A stretch of DNA of 64,000 nt from assembly GCA_051047955.1 (NCBI GenBank), contig JBPGPT010000002.1, forward strand, positions 1,116,001 to 1,180,000, in the 5' to 3' direction. The notes under the pieces were generated by a model. The model saw only the letters and a list, made by a program, of their open reading frames with translations, searched no databases and was not told the origin of the DNA. Both the position numbers and the translations under genes were made by a program. The DNA comes from Cystobasidiomycetes sp. EMM_F5 (lineage: Eukaryota). This document shows, in pieces, positions 36,667 through 48,952 of the stretch; position 1 is the stretch's first letter, and every line of letters begins with the position of its first letter.

Positions 36667-37774
36667 ATGGCTTACACACATCCGTCCATAGACAGACCGA
36701 GGGACCAGTCTGCTGCTAATGCCGGAGTCGGACCCGCTCCCTTCTTTCGTTCCCTTCTCGACCTCTCTACGTGGCTCCTCATCGGCGCGTCTGCTCAGGC
36801 AATCATCACCCTTCTGCCTTTATCCAAACGCTATGTTATCCTACCTCCACTCGCTCTGCTATCGTATCGGATACTATCGACCATCATTGCCGCCTCGACG
36901 TACAAACCCGGTCAGAATGGGGAAATTCTGCACAAAGTAACAACAGACTTCAGTAGAGACCCCGCATCTGACGGTTCGGTTTGCGTACTGCTGCTGGGCT
37001 TCAAGATTAATCAGTATGTAGTGTGCACACTACTGAAATGCATGTGACGTACTGAATTAGATTGTCTCGACAGCCCACTGGGTCTGCTTGCACCCGGAAC
37101 GAAGCAGATTGCAGCCTACGCACAGAAGATGAACGAAGACTTGTGTACCAATGCCGTAAAATTCAATTATCTCGGCTCTTCGCGCTGGATAAACGCCAAC
37201 GACGGGTCATCTTGCCATGAGATAATGACTCTGTTCTACTTTCGCAAACGAGAGGATGTGCTCCACTTTGCAAATTCCGAAAGTCACCGAGAGGGTTGGG
37301 CGTGGTGGAACAAGGATCTGGCAAAACTTGGACACCTAGGGATGTGCGTTGACTATTTCCTCCGCTTCTCTTACACTGTGACTGAGCATTCTATGACGCT
37401 TGTTCTCGTTGCTGATATCTCTCCTGCACTGCGACTGAAAATTACGCATCACCTCGTCCCGTTGGTATCACACAGCTCTCATGAGGTCTTTGAAGCGCCC
37501 ATGGGTAGCTGGGAGGGCATTTACGTCAACTACAGGCCTAGCGGAATCTGCGCAACGACCTTCAAAGCGGTCGATGAGGCGAGTGGGGAGGAGAGATGGA
37601 TGTCGCCGTTACAAGATGCAAGTAAGGGTCGTTATCGGACGCACGAAGGGCGTGTCGGTCTTGGCAACGGCGCAGAACATGACAAGTATGCTGGTACGTC
37701 GTATTACTCTCGTCGTGCCTGTCAGTTTGCGAGAGACTGATGCATGGCGCCTCACAGACACGCCGAGACAGTGA
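36667..37774 (+). CDS. DUF4188-family monooxygenase-like protein (Af470-like) with N-terminal TM helices
   Basis: VCVLLLGFKIN|xPLGLLAPG, YFRKREDVLHFANSESHREGWAWWNK, HLGI|SHEVFEAPMGSWEGIYVNYRPSGI match the family pattern. Confidence 0.78.
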
Positions 37775-38094
37775 TAGTCACTGCGGTCTGGCACTAGAAT
37801 GCGCAGGATGAAGTATCAACAGTGATCAAGCGAATATGCAGTGTTTGTGTAGTTTATGCCATAATCGGGCTTCGCGTCGGCTCGACACGAAGACGGCGTA
37901 TTGAATGACAGAATATCAGGAGAAGTAGTGCAACCGCTCTTGTGCCCGGAGTGCCCTTGTACAGACCATTGCGGGGCTTCTTTTCTCGAGATCTTTCACC
38001 TCGGCGCTGTCCAAACTTGGCAATAATTCTTGTCGCCGAGAAAGTTGCGATAGAACACTGCCCATCCTGCCATGCTCACCAACGACACGCAGAC

Positions 38095-39351
38095 ATGACT
38101 GCCGTGTCGCACAGCAGTGGTCCACGACGCCATGACTCGCTGATTGAAGATGCTGAACCGCCGCCGCCGTACGAGTCTGTGGGCGCAGGCGGCTCCATGC
38201 TCGTTGAAGCCAACTATGCGAGACCGTACGAAGTCCAAGATGCTGGGGTGTTTTCGGAAGCGCCAGCACTGCCAAATAGAATACCGCAGCAAGCACCTCA
38301 GTCGCAAACGCAAACGCAGCAGCAGTATTCCCAGTCTTTTGCGCCTCCACCAGGACCGCCGCCTCGTCATCCGAGCACTAATGCATCGACGTCCAACGGC
38401 AGCTCCTCTACGCCAAATGCTCACTACGATGGTATATCCACCTTCAACAGACCTGCTCTGCCAAATCAGACGCCAGCTCACCAGCAGGATGCACCCCAGC
38501 CCGCAAAGTATGGCCCAACAGTGCACCCGACCAGCGGGCAGCCCCTGCTCAATCACGGTAGAATCCTCATATACCCGCAGAATCACTATTGTATGAAGTG
38601 TGGTGCGTTATCCTGCGTTGTTCTCTGGCTCGCCCTTTGTGAAAACTGAAATACACCCTCAGGCAATACCGGTTATAAAGCATGCGATCCTTCAAATCCC
38701 CACATCGCGGTAAGCATTTGGAATACTTTCATACTTTACTGCCAGACTGACTATACCTCCCGTGGATAGTGTTGGGAGAAATATGGCAAATCGTACACAT
38801 CCATCATTCGCAACATGCCAAATTTCAATTTCGATAATCCTACTCTACAAAAGCCGTTACCAAGCGCAAGATACACGCCAGCTGCGCCTCCTCTGCCTCC
38901 TCCACCTCAGCATCCGTCGTACTATACCGCCCCGAGCATGGGCGGGTACGGTCGACCCCAACCACCGATGTGGCAGGGCACCCATCCTTCGTACAACCAA
39001 CAGCACGCATACCAACCTGCCATGCAGCCAATGATGAGTTCTCCGCCCATGCAGCAAGGCCCCAGCGTCATTCTCGGTCGACCTCCGCCCGGAGCTAGCG
39101 TATATCTGCCAGGTGATCCTCGAATAGGTGGGTCTTGCTCATAACATAGCAACTATTGTATGCTGAACACAGCATGCTTCAGGTGGCCACTTGTGCATGA
39201 TTTGCCGAGGTGCTGGTCAGATCTCGACAGGCTTCTTAGGCCTCGATACCGACTTTTGTCCGTCTTGTCGGGGTGCGTAGATATTGCTAGTTTTGTATAT
39301 CGACCAAGCTAACGCGCCGTCTTCTTGACAGGGAGCGGACGCGTATTCTAA
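38095..39351 (+). CDS. HUA1: Proline-rich Hua1-like protein with CxxC zinc-finger motifs
   Basis: PPPPY motif, GQPLLNHGRILIYP..YCMKC|GNTGYK, CWEKY, PPPGASVYLPGDPRIG|GHLCMICRGAG and CPSCRG|SGRVF*. Confidence 0.75.
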
Positions 39352-39453
39352 GCAGAGGCGCCAAATTTGAACGAACGTGTAGCCGTAGTGAAATCATGAC
39401 CATGCTGATTGTAGCCATTATTGTCGTTGCCGAGTGATCGTTGTATGCGCATT

Positions 39454-40146
39454 CTATACCTTCTTGACCCACATCTCATACTGCCACCCTACATCGCCTT
39501 CGGTGACGGTATCAGATGGGACATCGACGCCTGCCAACCAGTCTTTGTGCTCGGCATGAGTCGCCTGTTCCCACTTTGCTGTATCCAAGTCTGGAAAGAA
39601 GGTATCGCACGTCCACTCGTCGTCTCCCCGAGTGATCCGAGTGAGGAGTATGCGATTCGCGTACTGCGCGTCTATCCCCGACAGAGCTGCATTGTAGAGC
39701 TGCGCGCCTCCTATGATGAATATGTGATGCAATTGCTTTGTCGTTGCTGACGATGAATGGAGATGCTGCATAGCTTCTGATAACGAAGAGGCGCGTACGA
39801 CACCATCAGGAACTCCGCTGTGGACAAAGTACGCGTCAATAAGCTTGCCCGAGCTGTTTCGCCAGGCCAGCATGGGAACCCACAGGTCTTCGCGGCTCTT
39901 GCTGCTGAGGACGACGTTCAAGCGGTTCTTGAGCGGTCTGAACTTTGGCGGGATACCCTCCCACGTCGTCCTGCCCATGATGACTGCGTTCTGGTGACCC
40001 TCTGGCGCCGCGGTCGTTGCATTTGCGAAATATCGCATCTCCTGCGATAGCCGCCATGGAAGCTTGCCATTACTGCCTATCCCGCGTTTCGAGTCGTGCG
40101 CTACGATGAGCGTCGCTCGCTTCATGGGTGTGCTGGCTGTTGCCAT
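39454..40146 (-). CDS. DFR1: Dihydrofolate reductase
   Basis: LIVA...GIGSNGKLPWRLSQEMRYFA, NAVIMGRTTWEGIP..FRPLKNRLNVVLS, FIIGGAQLY and CDTFFP; one 66-nt intron 39818-39883. Confidence 0.96.
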   Translation of the reverse strand: MATASTPMKRATLIVAHDSKRGIGSNGKLPWRLSQEMRYFANATTAAPEGHQNAVIMGRTTWEGIPPKFRPLKNRLNVVLSSKSREDLWVPMLAWRNSSGKLIDAYFVHSGVPDGVVRASSLSEAMQHLHSSSATTKQLHHIFIIGGAQLYNAALSGIDAQYANRILLTRITRGDDEWTCDTFFPDLDTAKWEQATHAEHKDWLAGVDVPSDTVTEGDVGWQYEMWVKKV

Positions 40147-40511
40147 ACTGTGATTCGGTGTCCAGGTTGTAAAGAAACTGAGCGATGTTTGGAGTCGCGT
40201 ATGTAACATTTTTGGGGTTGGCAGGTCGGACTCTGTTCAAAGGTGTTTGCTGATATCTTGGGAGCTATGTACGATACACGCTGACCGCGTACTGATTAAA
40301 TGGTCATCCATGCTTCAGGCTGGCCCTACCATAGCCTGACTGCAGCCTCGTCAGCTGACTTTGTGGCTCGTTTACGCGAGGAGGACTGTCCAAGATAGCA
40401 CAAGGACAGCTTGGAAGACTACTTTCTGACTGACTGACAAACACATTGACATACACTTACAAGGCGCACTTTTAAAGGCTCGTGCAGGCCTCGTTCCGTC
40501 GCCTTTGAGAC

Positions 40512-41264
40512 ATGTCGGCAACGGATCCAATCAAGCCATTGGTCATTGACCCGCCAGAACGGGCCAACAGCGCTCTCGTATTCCTTCATGGCTTCGGCGA
40601 CCGTGGAGACAGTCCGTTATTGGTATTTGTCGCCCTGCCAGATACCCTGACGCTGGAATCATTCACAGGCTATCAGAATCTGGCAGACCAAATACACAAG
40701 GCTGGCAAGCTACAAGCTATGCGTTTCGTCTTTCCTACTGCTTCCTTTCGGCAGGACGAAGGCGAAAGGGCGTGGTATCCGTTAAAGTCTGTCCACATGG
40801 ATGACGATACCCTCGGAGATCTAGAAGACTATCGGGAAGCTGTGCATATCGCAGAGGATCTTATTCGCAAACAGGAGAAAGCGGGCATACCTCGCTCTCG
40901 AATTGTGTTGGGAGGTTTCTCGCAAGGATCCGCAGTCACGTTTCTTTGGTCAATTCTCAATCAAAACCAGCCGCAGGAACGGATTGCGGGACTAGTCTGC
41001 ATTGCTGGCTACGTGCCCATGAGAGGTAAATTCAAAGACATCGTCGAATCAGACAGAGCGCTCTTAGCGGATCAGCCTCTCGTCATCATTCACGGCCAGC
41101 AAGACTCGATGCTCCCGCTCTGGGTCGCAAGAAAGGGCATACCGGTACTGGAGGAGCTGGGATTTGAGGTCAACTGGGCAGAAGTCGCTGGGATGCAGCA
41201 TAACGTCCCAGGGCAGGCTATACGGATATTGTGCCGGTTTCTCGAGAGCGTGCTGGAGCAGTGA
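40512..41264 (+). CDS. Acyl-protein thioesterase / phospholipase-carboxylesterase (alpha/beta hydrolase)
   Basis: LVFLHGFGD, RFVFPTA, RAWY, GIPRSRIVLGGFSQG (nucleophile Ser), HGQQD (Asp) and GMQHN (His); 57-nt intron 40612-40668. Confidence 0.9.
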   Translation: MSATDPIKPLVIDPPERANSALVFLHGFGDRGDSPLLVFVALPDTLTLESFTGYQNLADQIHKAGKLQAMRFVFPTASFRQDEGERAWYPLKSVHMDDDTLGDLEDYREAVHIAEDLIRKQEKAGIPRSRIVLGGFSQGSAVTFLWSILNQNQPQERIAGLVCIAGYVPMRGKFKDIVESDRALLADQPLVIIHGQQDSMLPLWVARKGIPVLEELGFEVNWAEVAGMQHNVPGQAIRILCRFLESVLEQ

Positions 41265-41456
41265 CACAAAAGCCTGTAAAGGAAGCTTGAAACGCGTTCG
41301 CAGGACTGCAATATTAATAACGTATTGCGGACGACCTTTGGTGTATATTTGACTGTCTTTTTGACATCGTGTACCAAAGAAGTTTTACGCGCGCGGTGTT
41401 GATCCGTCATCAAAGGCCAAGTCGACCTTTCAAAGCCACGCCAACCCGAGCGGACG

Positions 41457-43227
41457 ATGAGCAATGCGGATACTGCTATGGATGCCCATCATGGACAAGT
41501 ACAAGTCGAGCAGAGTAGCGCAGTGACCGAGGACGCTTTGGAGCATCACCCGTCGGCTTCAACGAGTTATCCGCCAAAAGCCAGGCCAAAAAGCATGGAA
41601 GCCATTCCTACAGAATCCGAAGCTCCTACAAGTACAGACATAGACGTTGAAGCTGCGCAGAGTCCAGCAAATAATGAAGACGATACGCCGAGTCGTACAA
41701 ACGATGTACCGAGTTCACCGCCACCAGGCAATACTGACGACGGAATCATTACACCAGCAATGCGAACCCGTGTGAGCCTGGGACGTCGTCTGTGGACTGG
41801 CTTCAGTGCACTACGGGGCCGGTCTCGCTTCTTTCTCCTCTTCAATGGCCTGTCGACGTTCGCGCAGATTGCGACACTGACGACGACTCTGAGTCTGTCG
41901 GCCGCAAGACACCAGACGTGCAGCAAGCCAATACAGACGTACCTCGCAGTGTACATTGTTCGAATCGCAATCATCTTTCCCATACAAGTCTACAATGCTC
42001 TCGCACCACCCTCGTAAGCCAATGCTAGGCGTAAAGCACGCGACTTGGCAAGTACTGATTCTGCGAATAATACTGCAGACGTCCGCCGAGAGGTGTATCT
42101 GACACTCCTGAATGGAGAGAGTCCCGCGAACTGAGGAGGATCATCGGTTCACCTGTCCTGGACACTCGGTTGAAGTCGTGCGTTTTGCTTGATGGTATCC
42201 TGGCTTGATATCCTCGCTCATATCGTTCAATTACAGTCTATCTGATCTGCTGGGCGTCTTTGCCGTCGTGTGGTTCGTCGTTGGCAATGTGTGGACGTGG
42301 AATGCACTCGAATGCAAGGAAACGAGTCCGTACCTATTCTGGTCGTCTATCGCGACTTTGGTCATCGCCTACCTTCGTATCGCGGAGATAGTGGCCATCC
42401 TGTTCGCAGTCATCTTTTTCCTGCCTGCCGTGATCATCTTCCTGAGAATGACGGGTGGTCTGGAAAAGAAGCACGAGATTGGACCGCTATCGAAAGACGA
42501 GATTGCAAAAATTCCTGTAGTATACTACATTCCTGCGCCAGCAGAAGAGCCTTCTACCACCAACGCTTCTGTTGACGGTGAGATTTCGCCGCAAGAGAAG
42601 AAGCCTGCTAGCCGCCCTGCAACTCCAGCTGTTACGACAATTATACCTTCTACACAGAAAGACCAGTCTCCCTCGTCCACACCCTCGCGCAGACACGGCA
42701 AGCTTCAGCGACTATTTCTTCGACGTAAGCAAGCCAAGGTGTCTAATTTCGGCGCGCACGTCGGATCGTCAGCGAAGGGACATGACGATGCAGGCTACGT
42801 AAAGACAGCCTATCCACTCCACCCTCTGCCAGACAATCTAAGCAGCTGTCCAATCTGTTTGTCAGACTACGAAGCGCCTCCGTTACGGACTGCATCTCCC
42901 GAGGAGCAGGCGAAAGGCTTGGAGGATCTCGAACCGCTCAATCTCCTGCCGTGCAAGCACGCAATACATAAAGATTGTCTGGCACCGTGGCTGCAGACGA
43001 GTGGCAGATGTCCGGTATGCCAACAAGCTATCGTGCCGGAAAACCCGAAAGACACCAAACGCCGAGCGCGTGCATCCTCGAGAGCAAATGTACAGACACC
43101 ACTAACAACAAGGACGGAGCCCCAGCCTACACCTCTAGCTCCAGCGTCAGCTCCAGCATCAGCTCCGATATCAGCTCCGGCATCAGCTAGTTCTGCTTTG
43201 CCCGTAATAACAGTAGCTGCAGTGTGA
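41457..43227 (+). CDS. Multi-pass transmembrane RING-H2 E3 ubiquitin ligase
   Basis: TM segments with CSKPIQTYL and VWFVVGNVWTW...C...PYLFW; RING-H2 CPIC...LPCKHAIHKDCLAPWLQTSGRCPVC. Confidence 0.88.
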
Positions 43228-43717
43228 GTAATAGTCGAAGTGCCGCTCGGGCCTGCTAGATCAAATGCGACTGGCCAAATCCCACTCTGCCAATCAGAAA
43301 CCAAAGCCTAAATGTATCCAATCCATACCATTCCCGTTTCTGCAATTCCAGGGGTCAAACTAGTTATCCGTACGCGTGTAGCATTTTTTCTGCCACATAA
43401 ATGTCGTCTTCCGAGATAGTAGACAATGTCGATCAATGAACGTCACGAAATTTGAATGAAGACCACTGCGTGTTCATCCGAGAATGTTAAATCGGATGGA
43501 TGGCTGATAGTTTCAGCCAAGGTGGCTGCACGACGGCTGTTCTTTGTTTTCCAGGCGCAGAAACAGTCACTTTACAGACTCTCTAGTATTAACGAAGCGT
43601 CACACAACATATTCAAGGAAAAACATCAAGTAAATCATGAACTCAACGGGCCCTTCGGAATAAGAGGGTCTGAGCGCTGATTGGAATCGATACCCAAGCG
43701 AACGCAGTCTGACCAAT

Positions 43718-44748
43718 CTAGAAGAATGCTCCGATGGCAGCAAGTACGCCTACAGCAAGTGCAGAGAGGCCTGTTCCAGCTACGCTGTTGGTGCTCGCTG
43801 CGTTAGTGGGTAGCGGTACTGACGAAGTGGCTGCGGGGGTGGACGAAGTGGAGAGGGCATTGATGACCGATGCGGTCGTGGAAGTAGCTCGAGAGGTAGT
43901 CGTCGGCACTGACGAGGATGGAGAGGACGTTGATGTCGACGCGCGGGCTGTGCTGCTGGAAGCTGGAGTAGTAGTGACTACACCAGACAAGCCAGACACA
44001 CTAGTTGGACCACAACAGCACACCGTCAGATGGGACACATATGAGATAAAGTATGAGAGTACACGTACGTCGTCTGGACATTCGCGAGGCAGTTTGTCGC
44101 GGTGGGAAGTGGAGTAGTCACGGTTCTCGTCAAGCTCATGGCTTTACCCATCCCGGAGTCGGCATAGAAGGCAAACACTTCAAACGCCTGACCGTTGGCG
44201 AGCTGAAGCTGGAAGTCGTATTCCTGCGCATCGGGTGTCTGAATGTTCTGAATGACTTGGAGAGGCTTGTAGGCTACTGCTTGTTGGAGGGACAGGGTTC
44301 CCGACCTCGCTGATGCGGGCACGGCTGCCGAGTCAAGGAGGAGTACTGTGAGAGGTCTGTAGGTAGCAGGCTCAGCATTAGTCGTCTGTTTGGAATTCTC
44401 GCTGTGTTGCAAGGCTTCTCCGCCACTTCGAAGACCAACCTCGTATTTCCCGAATCGAAGAAGAAGAAGTTTGTATTCTGGAGAGTAGTATGTATATCAG
44501 TATAAGTATAAGTGTTTGGTGGATAATAAAGCGCAGCCCACCTCGCATTGGTGCAGCCTGGGAATATTTCGCGAGCGCGTCAGCAAACAGTCAACAAAGT
44601 CAGCGTTTGGGCGACAAGTGTGCCGCGACGGCAGAGAGAAAGTACCAACAACTCACGAGCCAGGCATCGTCGCGCGCAGGCTCGACAGCTGAGCCATGAC
44701 TGCGGCTGGAGCGGCCACAATGGCAGCGAGGGCGAGAATGCTGTGCAT
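43718..44748 (-). CDS. GPI-anchored-like cell-surface protein (signal peptide, Cys-containing domain, S/T stalk)
   Basis: MHSILALAAIVAAPAAVMAQ signal peptide; exons with LHQCE and FEVFAFYADSGMG; S/T-rich stalk; GPI-like end NAASTNSVAGTGLSALAVGVLAAIGAFF*. Confidence 0.8.
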
Positions 44749-45325
44749 GGTTGCAATTGTCTGGTAACGAGGGTGTGGTGGATGTTGGTGTTTGCTGACG
44801 GGCTGGCTGACTGGCTGACTGCTGCAACGTCAAGCTGCTCAAGAGAACGCGGTGACCTTTTCTAATTGTATAAAGTGGAATGCAGAGACAACAGAGGAAT
44901 GGGCACCGACATGCCTGCGTTTTATGCCAGGGCGGCTAACTTATTTCCTGCTGACCGTCTACTGCGATGCTGTGCGATGCTGCACTAACGACTGACTGCA
45001 CGCTGTACCGCGGTCTACCTACTGCGTGTATTGCTCGACAGTGGGTACGACCCATGCGAATGCGGTGCTGCCTTGCGGTGCAGCCATCTGATGCGGAGAC
45101 GTGAGCGAAGGGCAGCTGAGAGCAGGGTTGATGTCGCACAGCTGTGTTCGTGCACAACGACGGTCAGCATTGTCGACCAAACAGAGCCATACACACAGTC
45201 CACCCGACACAGATGTCACTGGCGGAGTTTAGGAACCGGAAATGCCGAAAGAGTGCGCGGACTGATGGTGCCCGGGAAGCTTGACCATGTGCGATGCTGC
45301 TCTGACACCAACACCGGCGTGCACA

Positions 45326-48300
45326 ATGACACCAAGTATACTGAACCTGCGCAATGATGCCGCCGCGTCTCCCGCTAATGACGGAGACGAAGGTGGCCTC
45401 TCGAGCATTGCGACCGAGATCTTGAACGGCCTGCGAAAGACCGAGAGAATCGTGCCAGGAAGGAGCAGCGAGGATGAGCAATACGCCTTCACCAAGACTA
45501 TCCCTACAAGTGTGTAGCCTGTCCATCGTGCTCAAACGACAGAAACGCTGATGGCTTGCGGTGATTGTCTAGTGATTTTGTATGATGACAAAGGTACGGA
45601 GAATAGGGCACCTGGCCTTCAAAGCAGACAACAACTCAAGGTCGCATATTCTCACAGGTCTAGACATTTACGATCGTATTACCGCGCTCGAAGAATACTA
45701 TCTCTACAGCTCCGAGCTAGCTATACTCGAAAAGCACGGGGCGGATATTGTAAGCCACACTGCAACAGCCAATTACGTAATTGTACTGAACGTGCGTATC
45801 TGCGCTGGCAGGCAAGACGCTTGTTTGGCTCTAATCCTACATCCGCTGCGACTCCCAATAAAGTCAAGGAAGCCATTTCTGCTAATGAAGCCTCAGTGTC
45901 ACCTTCGAGATCTACTAACTCTGCAAGTGAGGACGACGGCAAGTCAAATGACGACGAGAATGAAGAGGATCATGACATTCCGAGCGATTCCGGCTATGGC
46001 GACCGAGAGGAGCGAGCAAAGAAGGAGAGATGGGGCGACGGCGCTGTGGGGAAGAACAATTTCGGAGTGAACGGAAATCTGGGCCTTGAGGATAATCAAA
46101 GCAGATGTTCCGGCTCCGTGATTGAACTGGGCGCCGGATCGCTTAAAAAGACGAGTGTGCTGCTGCGCAACCTGGCAGAACTACTCAAAACTGGCAACGT
46201 GGATAGTCTGAAATACTATGCTCTTGACCTCGAACACGGCCAGCTCGTATCCACACTCGAGCAGCTGGAACGGAAAGAGTCGGACAGTATCACACTTGAT
46301 ACGGGAAAGTCAGTACGCAGCAACGGCAAGAAGATTATTGCGAGCGGTATATGCGCTTCATACGAAGAAGCTTTCCCATACCTCAAGCAGGGCAAGCTTG
46401 GCAAGGCAGATACGGAAGATACCAGCAAGAAATGCATCCTCTTTCTCGGGTCCTCTGTCGGCAACTACTCTCGCACAGAAGCTGTTGACTTTTTGCGAAA
46501 CATCTCCGATACAGCCATGTCGGCTGGTGATTCCATGCTCATTGGCATCGATTCGTGTGATGATAAACTTCGTGTAGAGACTGCATATAATGATCCGCAG
46601 GGCGTTACAAGGGACTTCATCCTCAATGGTATCGACCATGCTAATCGCATTCTCGGAGGAAGTGCCGGCTTGTCGCGTAATGACTTCGAATATGTCTCAC
46701 GATACAACCAAGGGGAGGGTCGCCATGAGGTACGTCCCGTTTATCTCAAACGCATTACAGCCTGATATTGACATCGCGTCGTTGGCACATCAGGCATATC
46801 TTCGCGTCAAAGTCGACATTGCGCTGAAGGTTCCTGGCGGCGAGATTCAACTTATAAGGGATGAGTTGGTGTCCATCGAGCGATCCTATAAATACACGCT
46901 GGATGAAGCAGAAGCATTATTCGCAGCTGTCGGCCTGCGTATCGTAGCGAGATGGAACGACACGGACAGGACTGGCGACTACAACCTCTTCATGGTCGAG
47001 AAACCGCCTTTTGGGTTTCCGAGCACGCTAGAGACTGTTGAAAAGGGAGGAAACCCATTCGGTCTGCCCACTATTGCAGAATGGGACAGTCTGTGGAAGG
47101 CTTGGGACTGCGTCGTGAGCAAGAGATGCAATCTACACCGCTGAACTCTCGTGTTGATGTATAAGTGGTCCAGACCTTATCAATGATTCCACAAGACCTG
47201 CTACACTCAAAGCCAATCGACTTACGCCATATTTGTCTGTTCTATCTGGGCCACATACCAGGATTTCTAGACATACATATGAGCGTAAGTCAAAGCTCGT
47301 CCCTCAGCATGCTATTACTAATGCAGCGCCTGTTTCTGTGCTTGACAGCGCTACTTGAAGGCACCGTATACCGAGCCAGCTCACTTTCCAGACATGTTCG
47401 AGCGCGGTATTGACCCGAACATGGATGTAAGTGGGTCTGCACGCTTTGCTGAGACCGATCCTTATGTGCGTTCTACCTTCAGGACCCTTCTAAAGTGCAT
47501 GCACATTCGGTTGTGCCCTCAAGAATGGAGGACTGGCCTTCCCTTGATGAGATTGTGGAATATCGCGACCGTGTTCGAGCCAGACTGCACTCAGTCTACA
47601 GTGAGCTATTGTCGGACTCTGATAGGATCGATACGCGGCTGGTCCGAACCATGAGCATGGTGTACGAGCATGAAGTCATGCATCTCGAGACTCTCTTATA
47701 GTATGTTGCCGGTTGAGGAATGTAGATGGCGGCAGTACTGACTCAGTTCGCGGCAGCATGTGCGCACAGATCGCGCCAGGAAAGCTGAAAGCTGCACCCT
47801 CTTTCAGCATTTGCGATTTCAAGCAATTGACAGAAATGTGGAACCTGGAAGTAGCACTGGAACAACGCGATACGCGCGCACTGGTGACATCGTTTGGTCA
47901 ATCGACTATCGAGATTGGCCACGATGACTTCGACCATCTAGATTCGCAGACAAAGTACGACCCGTCCCATACATTTGGATGGGACAACGAAAGTCCGAAA
48001 CGTTCAGTGGTTGTGGCGGCGTTCAATATAAGCCTACTTCCCATCAGCAATGAGGACTACAGGGTCTTCTTTGAAAAATCCGGCTCCCCGAGATCTCTGT
48101 TACCTGGATCTTGGACAGAGATCAGTGCTGGCAAGTACGGCATCAAGGTTCTGACGCAGCCGAGTGTAGTTCCGCTAGAACTTGCAAAGGAGTGGCCATG
48201 CATGGCTTCCGGCAAGCAGCTCGCAGCTTACGCGACTAGTGTCGGCGGGCGACTTCCTACGGAACCGGAACTCCGTAGATTTATGCTGGACCACCCCGCC

Positions 48301-48815
48301 GATCATATTGGCAGCAATATCGGGTTCAGAAACTGGCACCCTGTACCGTAAGCCGTCTATCGCAGCGTAGCAAGTCATAGCTGACCGCGGAGTCAACACA
48401 CAGAGCGCGTCTTCCCAAAACTCTACGGGATGGCACGAAGACTGGCGCGTCCAACGGCGGTGTTTGGGAGTGGACTTGCACGGACTTTGCAGCTCACGAA
48501 GGTTGGCGAGCATCGGAACTGTATCCCGACTATTCCAAAGATTTCCACGACGGATGCCACTGGGTCATGTTGGGCGGCAGTTTCGGTATGTTTCCCCATC
48601 AATGTAGCTGTTTGCGCGCCCGAAGGCTGATGGGATGATGACCGGGTAGCTACCATACCTCGCGTTGCGGGCAGGAAGACGTTCACAAATTGGGTATGCG
48701 CTGCTCCTGCCGCTGATTGTCGAGCCCTGACTGACTCTCTCCTCGGCGTCACCTTTAGTACCAGGCAAATTATCCATACGTGTTTGCTGGTGCGCGTGTA
48801 GCATATGACGCTTGA
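45326..48815 (+). CDS. EGT1: Ergothioneine biosynthesis protein 1 (histidine N-trimethyltransferase fused to hercynylcysteine sulfoxide synthase)
   Basis: KTIPT|xILYDDK|GLDIYDRITALEEYYL, IELGAGSLKKT, FLGSSVGNY and AYNDPQGVTRDFILNG (EgtD-like); KPIDLRHICLFYLGH, FERGIDP and EHEVMHLETLL (HxxxHxE iron site); FGWDNE, RLPTEPEL, GGVWEWT and YQANYPY (FGE-sulfatase-like domain). Confidence 0.96.
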
Positions 48816-48952
48816 TCCGAGTATCAAGGGATGTGTAGCCAACCTTGTGCCGTAGTAGCTGTCTGCCACGAAAAGGCAATGTCTTGCCCCGCTTTTCCGG
48901 ATGTTGGCATTGTTGCTATGCAAGTTGTAGTACCCTTTTCTCTGACCAAAGA

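Noticed and set aside
39818..39883. Apparent peptide insertions in the DHFR, thioesterase, RPT2, NHA1 and DUF4188 ORFs
   Set aside because: These are stop-free introns whose length is a multiple of 3, with canonical GT, branch and AG signals. The ORF track reads through them.
43131..43190. Imperfect 12-nt tandem repeat (APAS/APIS) at the end of the RING gene
   Set aside because: This is ordinary coding low-complexity sequence.
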